The notes below the pieces were generated by a model, which searched no databases, had not been told where the DNA came from, and saw only the letters and a program-made list of their open reading frames with translations. A stretch of 64,000 nucleotides of DNA from Mobula hypostoma (Eukaryota). The stretch's first letter is position 1; every line of letters starts with the position of its first letter. Below are positions 51,601-62,419 of this stretch, in pieces. Both the position numbers and the translations under genes were made by a program. The stretch covers positions 14,014,001 to 14,078,000 of the forward strand of contig NC_086109.1 of NCBI RefSeq assembly GCF_963921235.1, given 5' to 3'.

Positions 51601-53360
51601 AGAACCTGGTGAAGATACTCAGAAGGTCAGGCAGCATCTGTAGAGTGGTAGTTAATGATATTCCATCAGCAAATTTACTTTGGGCATTCTACATGAGGAT
51701 ATTCAAAGTTGTTTGTAAATAAATGGAGGTATGTTTATTAAATTTGCTCGAGCTAGAGGACGTTGGGTATATTTAAGGCTGGTAGGTTCTTGTGTTGAAG
51801 GTTATGGAGAGAAGGCAGGAGATGGGGTTGAGAGGGATAATAAATCAGCCGTGACAGAATGGTGGAGCAGACTTGATGGGCCAAATGGCCGAACTCTGCT
51901 CCTAGTTCTTATGCATTCAAGATAATGAGGGTGAAAATTTAAAGGATATATGCAGAACCAGTTTACAACACAAAGAGTGACAGGTGGTGGAAGGAGCAGC
52001 CAGGAGCAGTGGTGAAAGCAGATATGATAGTGGTGTTTTAGATAAGACACGTGAATGTGCAGGGAATGGAGGGATATGCATTGAGCAGGCAGAAGATTAC
52101 TCACAAGAGACTACAGATGCTGAAATATGGAGCACCACACAAGATGCTGGAGAAACTCAGCAGGTCAGGCAACATCAATGGAAAGGAATAGATGGTCAGC
52201 ATTTTGGGTTGAGATCCTTCATTTGGATTCAATTTGGCACACTTCAGCACTAATGTTGTGGGCCGAAGGGCCTGTTACTGTGTTGTAGTGCTCTAGGTTC
52301 TAATGATTTAGCACCAATGTAGCAAATTCTTTTCCCCTCCTTCAGTGTAGTATGTGCTTTTTGGGTCCTTGCCTATTCCGTGCTTGGTGCAAATTAGCTG
52401 GCACAGTGTGCAGTATAGTTGGTCCCTTACACCCCCAGCACTGACTGAAAGAGAAATGCCTCTGCATGTTCTTGGAGTGGTTCCTGCCCCTGTGCCCCTG
52501 TTTGTTAGCTGTGCATCATTCACAGCCCTTTGCTGGCAATCGCCAATTGCCCAGTCGCCATCACGTAAACGTGTCAGCAGCAGCTGGTGTGATGGTGACA
52601 CCTAGTGGAAGTACGGGACAGAACAGCTGGATGGATATAAAGAGTATAAATCATTCCCTTTAAATCAGGACATCCTCCAAGCCACCCCCTACAGCCTTAC
52701 CAAGAAACGTCCATCCTGTTGTGAAGGAAGCACAAATAAATATATTACAAACAAGAAAAATGCTGATGGAATAGTCAGTTATACAGCAATGAAACAGGCC
52801 CTTCTGCCCAACTTGTCCATGCTGACCAAGGTGTCCACCTGAGCAAGTCTATTTGCCTTTGTTTGGCCCATACCCCTCTAAGACTTTCCTTTCCATGTAC
52901 CTGCCTCTACCACCTCCTCGTTCCACTCACCCAGCAATCTTGCTGTGGAAAAAGTTGCACCTTAGCTCTTCACTAAAACTTTCCCCTTTCATGTTAAAAC
53001 TGCACCCTCTAGATTTAGACTCCCTTATCCTGGGAACCATTTCAACAAGTTGCACTTATATCATTAGCTCCTTGTAACTGTGCTCAGTGGTGGGGAGGAC
53101 TTGACCTGTGATGCCCTCCAGCAGCTTCTGTGGGAGGAAAGGAATTACTGACGTTTTGGACTGAAAACCTGCCTGTCCTGATGAAGGGTTTTGATCTGAT
53201 ACGTAATTTTCTGTCCTCCCACAGATTCCACTTGATTTGCTAAGTTATTCCAGCAGGCTGTGGTTCAAATAGCTCTTCAGATTCCTCATCACACTTTCTG
53301 GGTGGGCCGTTCAGCCCACAATGTTGTGCCAACCTTTTAACCTACTCTAACCCTTCCCTC

Positions 53361-53653
53361 GTGTGGCGCGTGGCCAAGTGGTTAGGGTGTTGGACTAGCG
53401 ATCTGAAGATCGTGGGTTCAAGCCTCGGCCGGGGCAGCGTGTGTGTCCTTGAGCAAGGTGCTTAATCACACAATGCTCCAGTCTACTCAGCTGAGAATGG
53501 GTACCGGCAAAAATACTGGGGGTTAACCTCACGATAGACTGGCATCCTATCCAGTGGGGGAGTCTCGTACCCTCAGTCGCTTCACGCCACGGAAACCGGC
53601 ATAAGCACCGGCTTGATGGGCCATAAGGCTCGTGACAGACTTCAAAAGTCTTA
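53361..53653 (+). mobile_element. tRNA-derived SINE (MetaSINE-like body)
   Basis: A box tggccaagtgg, B box gggttcaagcc; 12-bp TSD aacccttccctc at 53349-53360 and 53654-53665. Confidence 0.8.
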
Positions 53654-53665
53654 AACCCTTCCCTC

Positions 53666-54130
53666 CTACGTAGCCCAACATGTTTCTATTACCCATGTTC
53701 CTTTCTTAGAGTTTCTTAAATGCCTCCAATGTATCTGCCTCTACCACCACCCCTGGCAGGTCATTCCACACACCTACCACTCTCTATGTGTAAAAAAAAA
53801 AACCTCTGACATTACCCCTATACTTTCCTCAGAACAGTTTAAAATTATGCCCTCTCGTATTTCTACCTTGGAAAAAAGTCTCTGCCTATCCACAATATTG
53901 CCTCTTATCACCTTGTATACCTCTATCAAGTCACCTTTCATCCTCCTTGTCTCCAAAGAGAAAAACTCCAGCTTGTTTGACGTCCTCATAAGACATGCTC
54001 TCTAAATCTAGACAGCATCCTGGTACATCCCCTCTGAATCCTCACTAAAGTTCCCATATCTTTCCTATAGTAGGGTGTCCAGAACTGAACACAATACTGA
54101 TCTACCCAGGGTTTTGTGGAGCTACATTAC
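53666..54130 (-). mobile_element. CR1 3' fragment
   Basis: LEFFSLETRRMKGDLIEVYKVIRG. Confidence 0.75.
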
Positions 54131-54289
54131 CTTGTCACTCCTAGCTCACTCTTTTCAAGTTAAAACTTGTCAGCAATGGCAATGTCCTTTATAGTTTCTC
54201 TGATATCATTGCTCCTAAATGGTCAAAACTCTAGTTACAGAGCCTTATCCTGTTACAGTACCTGTCACATACAATTTATTGGTCAGGTT

Positions 54290-54583
54290 TAAAGATTAAA
54301 GTCTGTCACAAGCCTTGTGTCCCATCAGGCCGATGCCTATGTCGGTTTCCGTGGCTTGAAGCGACTGAGAGTACGAGACTCCCCCCCCCACCACCCCCCA
54401 GATAGGACGCCAGTCTATCGCGAGGTTAACTTCCAGCATTTTTGCCGGTCCCCATTCTCAGCTGGGTAGACCAGAGCATCGTGTGGTTAAGTGGACACAC
54501 ACACTGCCCTGGCCAAGGCTCGAACCCGCGACCTTCGCTAGTTCGCTAGTCCAACACCCTAACCACTTGGCCACGCGCCACAC
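54290..54583 (-). mobile_element. tRNA-derived SINE, inverted copy of 53361-53653
   Basis: The reverse complement aligns along its whole length with the 53361 copy. Confidence 0.8.
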
Positions 54584-54654
54584 ATTGGTTAAGTAAGTGC
54601 GCATATATTCTCTCAATGGAGATTAACTGCTGGAGCCAGACCCTTTGTTAAATT

Positions 54655-55050
54655 TAAACATGAAAAAGTCTCCAGATGCTGGAAATCCAAAGCAACACCC
54701 ACAAAATGCTGGAGGAACTCAGCAGGCCAGGCAGCATCTATGGAAAAAGAGTAAGCAGTTGATGTTTTGGGCTTCGATCCTTCTTCAGCACTGGAAAGGA
54801 AGTGGGAAGATGCCAGAACAAAAAGGTTGGGGTGGCGGGGGGGAGAGGGGAAGGAGGATAGCTAGAAGATGATGGATGAAACCAGGTGGGTTGGAAAGAT
54901 AAAGGGGCTGGAGAGGAAGGAATCTGATAGGAGAGGAGAGTGGACCGTAGGAGAGAGGGAAGGAGGAGGGGACCCAGGAGGAGGTGATAGGCAGGTGAGA
55001 AGAGTTAAGAAGCCAGAGTAGGAAATAGAAGTAGAGAGGAGGGGGAGGGA
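54655..55050 (-). mobile_element. PLE terminal-repeat fragment
   Basis: cagatgctggaaatcc...cacaaaatgctggaggaactcagcaggccaggcagcatct followed by a purine-rich tract, as at 56868. Confidence 0.65.
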
Positions 55051-55745
55051 AAAAAATTAGTTAAACTAACAGCTCCACACAAGATCTGGATAGTTGAGGG
55101 AGGGAGAGAGAGAGAAAAAAATGGGTTCCTATTCATTGCTCATTTCAATTGGAACTTCTTGTTTCGATATATTGGAGTCACAGTACAGGCCACAAGGGGC
55201 TTATTCTCAAGGAATTTGGGCGGCTTGCAGAATGAGGCTAACGGTTTCCGGTGCAGTCAATCCAGATAAAATAACTTTGCTGTCGTCAGGCCCCACATGG
55301 GCATCCTGACATTTGAACTCCCATTATTTTTGTCACCATTAATTAAAGTGTCAGCTGGGATTGAGAGACTCCTCCGCTATGGATTGGCTCCTTGCCCTGC
55401 TCAAGGCTTTCAGGGGTATTGATGAGTTTTGTGGTACGTGTACAGAACAGACCCACCGTCTCAGTGCTTTCTGAAGACCATCTTTCCGTGCTTGCCCAAC
55501 AATGCCAGATTGTCCTTTGTACTGAATGGAAGTTCTGGGAATGAGAGAAGCACTATTGTATTTTCTTGCCAAATTCCCCTCTCCTGCTCTTTGTTTGTTT
55601 TGTTTGCCCAGTACAAAGGATTGATAGCATATTGTCAACCCCAGGCTCTCATTACAAAGCTTCAATGTTGGGCAGACCAACCGTATTGCCACTAATATAG
55701 TCACCAGTACCTTATTTATTCCAAACAGAGGTCACAAATCATTTT

Positions 55746-55885
55746 TGCTGGTGAACGCAGCAGGCCAGGCAGCATCTTTAGGAAGAGGTACAGTCGACAT
55801 TTCAGGCCAAGACCCTGCGTTCACCAGCAACTTTGATGTGCGTTGCTTGGATTTCCAGCATCTGCAGAATTCCTCGTGTTTGCGT
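55746..55885. mobile_element. Short PLE terminal-repeat fold-back insertion with 14-bp TSD
   Basis: TSD tcacaaatcatttt at 55732-55745 and 55886-55899. The internal inverted halves belong to the same family as 41178-41478. Confidence 0.7.
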
Positions 55886-56867
55886 TCACAAATCATTTTG
55901 TTCACCACGCATTTGGAATCTAGTCACTCAGGCGGTCTTCCCCACCACCACTACATCCACATCAGCCACTCCTCTCCACAGCCCCTCAGCACTCTTCATT
56001 CCCCACCCCCCCCAGTACTACCACTTTACACTCCGCACCTCATACCTACACTGACACAGTCACTGTCCTCCTGTGATTTCACTTGCCCTGTTGCTACCTA
56101 GAAGAGTTCTGCTTGCCAGGAGTCACCGTCACTTTTCTCATTTCCTGTCAGAGTCACCTTGTGTTCGGATACTCCTGCACCTAGCGTCACTTCAAAGTAC
56201 ATTTATTATCAGAATACGTGTACATTATACAACCTTACAGGCAGCCACGAAACAAAGAAACCCAAGAGATCCCATTTTAAAAAAAGAAGACTCTTAAGCA
56301 CCCTATGTGCAGAGAGAGGGGAGAAAAAAGCAAACCGTTCAAACAATAAACACAAGCAAATGGAGTTCTGAATGGTCCACATAGAGAGTCTGTCCACAGA
56401 CCCGCAGTTCAGCGCAGAGCTAAGTAAACACCAAGGAGCAATGAAAGCTGAACCAACCTGCCCCTCCGATGCCCTGACCTTTCTCAATCTGGCCCGGCAC
56501 CCAAATTGTCATCCAAACAGTGGGTTCTGTCGTTTCGATACGTTCTGGGGCCTGGACCCGACCTTTTCAATTTGGCCCAGTGCTTAAATCAATCGAAGCT
56601 TGGGTCTTCCTCGCTCTCGGCAACAGGCCTGCTGCCTTGCCTCACTTTGGACCTGTCGCTTCAAATTGCCCCCAAGTCCAAAGGGAATTTACAGGCTACT
56701 GTTTGCGATCATTGCACTTACTGTGCATACTAAGTATATAAGTGAGTCTTGTGTATATACGGCCACTTTCAAAACATACTTGTATTTGATGTTTTATAGG
56801 ATTTTTTTGTTATATTTATATTGGTTGTGTTTTTTTTTATGCTGTGTCAGATCTGGAGTAATAATCA

Positions 56868-57727
56868 ACACACACAAAATGTTGGAGGAACTCAGCAGGC
56901 CAGGCAGCATCTATGGAAAGAAGCACAGTGGACGTTTCGTGCCCAAGCCCTTCGGCAGGACTGGAGAAAAAAGGCTGAGGAGTAGATTTAAAAGGTGGGG
57001 GAAGGGGAGAGAGAAACACCAGATGACTGGTGAAACTTGGAGGGGGAGGGATGAATTAAAGAGTTTAGAAGTTGATTGGTGAGATGAGATGAGATGAGAG
57101 AGGGGAAAGGGGATGGGAAATGGAGGAGGGGGTGGGGTTGGGGGGCATTATCGGAAGTTTGAGAAAGCGATGTTCATGCCATCAGGTTGGAGGCTACCCA
57201 AACGGAATATAAGGTGTTGTTCCTCCCACCCAAGTGTGGCCTCATCACAACAGTGGAGGAAGCCGTGGATGGACATATCGGAATGGGAACGGGAAGTGGA
57301 ATTAAAATGGGTGGCCACTGGGAGATCTCGCTTGTTCTGGCGGACGGAGCGTCAGTGCGCGGTGAAGCGGTTTCCCAATCTATGTTGGGTTTCACTGATG
57401 TACAGGAGGCCACTAGGGAGCACCAAACACTTTAAGTGACCCCAACAGACTCACAGGTGATGTGTCGCCTCACTTGGAAGGACTGTTTGGGGCCCTGGAT
57501 GGTAGCAAGGGAGGAGGTTCACAAGCAGAACAAGTGCTACATCTATCAGCCGGTGTTTCTGTCTCCCCTTCACCCCGCTTTTAAATCTACTCCTCAGCAT
57601 TTTTACTCCAGTCCTGCCGAAGGCCGAAGACATCAACTATACAGATGCTGCCTGGCCTGCTGAGTTCCTCCAGCATTTTGTGTGTGTCGCTCGGATTTCC
57701 AGCATCTGCAGATTTTCTCTTGTTTGT
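56868..57727 (-). mobile_element. 5'-truncated Penelope-like element: GIY-YIG endonuclease C-terminus, terminal repeat, and inverted terminal repeat
   Basis: Minus strand about 57510-57148 translates, with stops and a frameshift, as IQGPKQSFQVRRHITCESVGVT*..LLYISETQHRLGNRFTAH..PVATHFNS..EEQHLIFRLGSLQPDGMNIAFSNFR*. Flanked by inverted repeats 56868-57030 and about 57540-57690. Imperfect TSD ggagtaataatca / ggactaacaatca. Confidence 0.8.
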
Positions 57728-58458
57728 GGACTAACAATCATTTTGTTCTATATATGCTCGCGTACTGAAGAATGACAACGACCAATTTTGAATCTTGAGT
57801 CTCACCACCAACTCCCACTTTGCATTCCAACGGACTCAACTTTTAAACAAAAGCTTGAGTCTGTTTGTTACTAACTTCAAGAGCATTTCTTATGTAAAAT
57901 TCCATGTTATGCAGATAACCACAGCAGTCATTCTGTGCACAGGAAAGTCATATTAAGAGCAAAGAGGTGAACTGCTTTGGTTGCCTCAGGAAATTTAGTG
58001 CAAATTGTGAGAGACTGCACTAGAGTCTTTGAAAGTGCCCTAGTATATTCATGCCGATTGTCTGGGTCAGGAACCCTGATTAATCTTAGACCAGTAGCTT
58101 CACATGGGACTCCAATCTTGTGACCTCTCTCCAGGGCCAGAAGCTACTACCAGTGTTCCATCCATTATATAAAGGGTTTTAGAAAAAAAACTACTTCATT
58201 AAATTAATTTAATGTCATTAAGTTGGCATTGGAAGGTTATTGTTAAAGCATTGTAACACAACCATGTACAAAGGATGTGGCCCAGGTTGCTTCCAGGAGA
58301 GAAGGCATTCCTTTGATTTATCTTCCCCTCCAAAGCCTGCCTTCTAGCATTGACGTTGACTAAACAACAAGGTTAGGAAGTAGAGGTTGATTGCACCTTT
58401 CCCTCCTCCCTCCTCCCCCTCCCCCTCTCCCCCACCCTCTAGAGTACACTTATGGAGT

Positions 58459-58506
58459 CGGAAGGAAGACAGATTTCTTCCCCGGAAGGAAGACAGATTT
58501 CTTCCC
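58459..58506. repeat. 24-bp tandem duplication (cggaaggaagacagatttcttccc) x2
   Basis: Exact direct repeat. Confidence 0.9.
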
Positions 58507-61500
58507 CTGAAGGACTTCAAAGTACATTTATGATCGAAGTATGTGTACATTGTACACCCTTGAGATTTGTTTCCTTACAGCAGCCACAAGAAACCCAAAT
58601 GAACTCATTTCGTTAAAGACCGACAAGTACCCAATGTGTAAGAGCGAGAGAAATAAAAACAAATATGCAAACAAAGAAAGTAGACAAATAGCATTTAGAA
58701 TGAAAGTGAGTCCTCAAACACAAAGCCTGGTGCAGGCCACAGTCTCAGCCTCAGTTCAGCACAGAGCTGAGTAAATGTCGTGGAGCCAGCACACATGAAG
58801 CCTGGAGCAGGCCCATAGTTTCAGCCTCGGTGCAGTAAACATCGCTGAGCTGCGAGCAGAACTGGCCCGACCTTCCCAACACCCTGCCTTTTCATTCCAC
58901 CTGGCCTGGCATTTAAATCGTCCAAATATCGGCTCATTCCTCACTCTGAGACCCGGGCCCTGGGTGTCAGCGATACATTCATGTACTTAAACTTCAGTGC
59001 GTGTTTTGTAGTATTGTGGGCATCGTTACTAATTAATTAATTGAAATCAAATCTTATGCCAGGAAATTTAATTCTCGATTTCACCATCTACAATGTCGTG
59101 TCCCTCGCAATTTATTTACCCACCTGACCTGCACTGTCTTCATCAATGTCACACTATGCTCTGCGACTGTTTGCTTTCAGTACAATCTTGATATACTTGT
59201 ATGTAATGATTTGCAATGTATTTTCATTCACCCATTTATTGTCGTAAATTCAAGGAATACCTGTGCAGTGGAATACCTGCAGCTGCATTACAGGCACATA
59301 TAGGCCTTTCCGACCCAGATTTAACCTTAGCCTACTCACAGGACAATTTACAATGACCAATTAACTTACCAATCGGTAGGTCTTTGCACTGTGGGAGGAA
59401 ACCCACAAGGTAACGGAGAGAATGTACAAACTCCTTACAGGAGTAGGCTAGAATTGAACCTTGGTCGGCTGTGTTGTAAACCATTGTGTTAACCACTATG
59501 CTACCGTGCTGCCCTTAGCAGTGTTCACAAGATAAGTGTAACTTTAACAAGAAAGAACGCAAAAAAAAAGCAGTCCATTGCAGTGACAAATGATCGGAGT
59601 GGTCCGAGGTTTGCGATACTGTGGGGGTTATAGTTGTGCCAGTTGGTTCAAGGACAGAATGGTTGAAGGGAAGTAACTCTTCTGGAAGTATGGTATGTCA
59701 GGCTTCAGTCTATTGCAACACCAAGTGATCAAAGTGGTGCTACTCTTGCTATATTACAGGCCTCTGTACCTCCTGCCCGACGGTAGCTGTGAGGAGATGG
59801 TATGGCCCAGATGGCGAAATTAAACAAAAGATTACCTTTACTTGTCACATGCCCATCGAACCATACAGTGAAATGCATCATTTGCATCAACAACTGGCAA
59901 AGTCTGAGGGACAGACCGCCTGTGTCGCCAGGCTTCCAGTGCCAACATAGCATGCCCTTATCTCACTAACCGGAGCCCTCTCTGTATGTCGTTGGAATGT
60001 GGGAGGAAACTGGAGCCTCCAGAGGAAACCCACACAGTCACGGGAAGAACGTACAAACTCCTTACAGACTGTGGCGGAATGGAGCCCAAATTGGTGATCG
60101 CTAGCACTGTAGAGCATTGCGCTAACCATGATGCTCCTTTGCCGCCCTTTGATGATGGATGTTGGGGATCTTTGGTGATGGTACATTGCTTTCTTGAAGC
60201 AGAGTCCCCTGTATGTGCTACCAAGATAACCTTCTCCAGAGCCTTGCACACATAATCCAAGCTGCCTTGAGCAGCTGCTGTATCATTGGAGCTCCTCGAG
60301 GCATTTCTCTGCGAGTGTAAGAGCAGTTATTGAGAACAGGATAAGACTTTATGGTCTCCTGGTAACATCAATCACTGTCAGATTACAGGCTGTTGCTGCC
60401 TTTCAGACTTTTCCTGTGAGGCTCCTGGCTGCAGGTTTATTGTGGTAATCAAGTCCCATTCGTCACACACTTAACAGGATGTCCCAGCGTATGGGCCTTC
60501 CTTCCACATCAGGTGCAGCGTTTCTTTTTGTGATAGTTACTTTGCAGACCCCCTGCAAAGTGCTCGAGGGACTGGAGTTTTGGAATTGTATAGAGAGCTT
60601 TACCTTTATAACAAAAGCAGCAGTATTTATCTATCACCTTTTGCTAGCTACAAAAATATAAAACTTGTTAAACAGACTCCTGAGCTATCTGTGAAGATAA
60701 AAAAAAAGAGGATTTTAAGGATGTGTGGGAGACTGATAGGTTTTGGAAAGACAGAATTCAGAAACTCCATAAAGGAAGATAAGGGTAGGTTCGGAAATGG
60801 TGAAAAGCTGGAACGTAAGCCCTTATTGACTGGAAGAGCTGTATATAATGGGCCAGACCTGTGAGGTGTTAAAAAGTGTGCCAGTTTTCAGTTTTGCCTT
60901 TTTCTCATGGTCTTATACACAAGATGAGGCATTTCGGCACCTGAAGAGTTAACAGTGCATTCTATTCTGTGGGTTACTGTTGACTCACACAAGAGCTCAA
61001 ATTAAAGCTTACATTAACCTGATTGTGGATCAAATCCAGTGCGGTGGACAAAGCAGTGTGTTGAAAGGAAACAAGATATGATGAAATCCAAACAGGAGGC
61101 TTTGGAAAGGGAAGGAAAGAGAGATAAAGCTGCTATGAAAGCAGGAATGACGGAGCAAACTATACGCCATTGTCCCCTTGTCACATTTCCCTTTTGTTTG
61201 AGTTCTTTTGTCCGGGGGCCCATTGTTGCACTTCCTCCCGCTCCTGTTTCTCCATCCCCTTTCCATTACAAGGCAGATTCTGTTGTTGTGCTACCTTTTG
61301 TTTGGAGTTCCATTTGCTGCCACGTTGTCTCGAACTGTTTGCCTTGCAGGTTGAATTGCTTGAGTTACTTTTGTTATCTGCGATATTGTTATCGCCACAA
61401 ATCTTCTTTTTCTCTTGTCTCATCGCTCTCTGCGTTATCGATTTTGGCGGCCACATAACGTGTACTGGAGGGGGCGTCACATGGTCTCGTCGTGCTGTGC

Positions 61501-62196
61501 AGGCAAACCAATATTCAGCGCTGGTTGAGTGCAGAGTGGGTTTGTGCATTTCCAGTTCGGACTTGATCCTTGTGGGTGACAACCCTTACTGACACCCCAT
61601 CTCCGGCAGGATTGAACACCGGCGCGTGGGACTGAGTTAAAGCCCTTACCATTTGGGGCTAGCAGAAGTTTTTGAAGAAACCTCTGCCTTTTGAAGGGTA
61701 TGTCCCACCGGAAATGTTAAATCTCTTTCTCCAGATGCTGCCTAACTTGCTGAGCTTTTGTAGCATTTTCTGTTTTTATTTCAGCACCAGAGACCGGGGT
61801 TCGATTCTCGCTGCTGTCTGTAAGGACCGAGTGGTTTCCTCCTGTATTCCAAAAATGTATGGGTTAGTAGGGTAATTGATCGCATGGGCCTGTTACTGTG
61901 CAGTAACTCTAAATACAAATACTAAATTTCAGATTGCCAATGTCGGCAGCCTGTTTTTTTTCTCAAGTGCTTGAGAATGCCCTTCATGTTTACCATTCTA
62001 AGTATGTGTGATTGCCACCTTGAGGTGTAGGCACGCCTTCATCTCTCCTCCTCACTGTCAAGCCCTCTCCGATTGTGGACCACCGCCCTAGCTGGATCAG
62101 ATGGGAGGGCTGCGTTTCGGCTCTGCGCCCAGCTCCAGGATTTCGCGCGGCCTCATCGAGGGGTTACACTTCACCTTTTTCTTTCTCTGCTCGCAG

Positions 62197-62419
62197 GATG
62201 TCCACGCGACCACCGGCTCGTTGCATGGACCTGAATGGAGACGCGGTCATGGTCCACGACCAGGTGAAAGTGGAAGAGGTGGAGGAAGAACGGACCTGTT
62301 ACGGACCCCACGTTGCCTCGTTCCCCAACAAGCCTCATCCTGAGGGGCTCCAGGCCAAAGCGGCCGCGGGGAGAGAGAACCACGACCTGGAGAGGTTGGG
62401 CTTCGTGAAGCCAACACAC
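62197..62419 (+). CDS. SOX13: SoxD-family transcription factor, first common coding exon (MSTRPPARCMDLNGDAVMVHDQVKVEE...HVASFPNKPHPEGLQ...FVKPTH); most likely SOX13, SOX5 not excluded
   Basis: Polypyrimidine tract and acceptor ttcacctttttctttctctgctcgcag|G ATG (ATG at 62198); strong donor CAC|gtaagt at 62420. There are 74 open codons ending in phase 0. The peptide resembles the recalled N-termini of SOX5 (MSSKRP..DGEVAMV..QKVEEEE..HVSFPNKPHSEEFQ), SOX6 (HVASH..NKPHSEEL) and SOX13 (MSMRSP..LDGVGTMV..IKSEE). The paralog is assigned by elimination, because it diverges from the usually well conserved SOX5/SOX6. Confidence 0.85.

Noticed and set aside
61039..61592. Overlapping ORFs of 133-140 aa
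   Set aside because: Compositionally biased, with no homology I recognise; more plausibly non-coding regulatory DNA.
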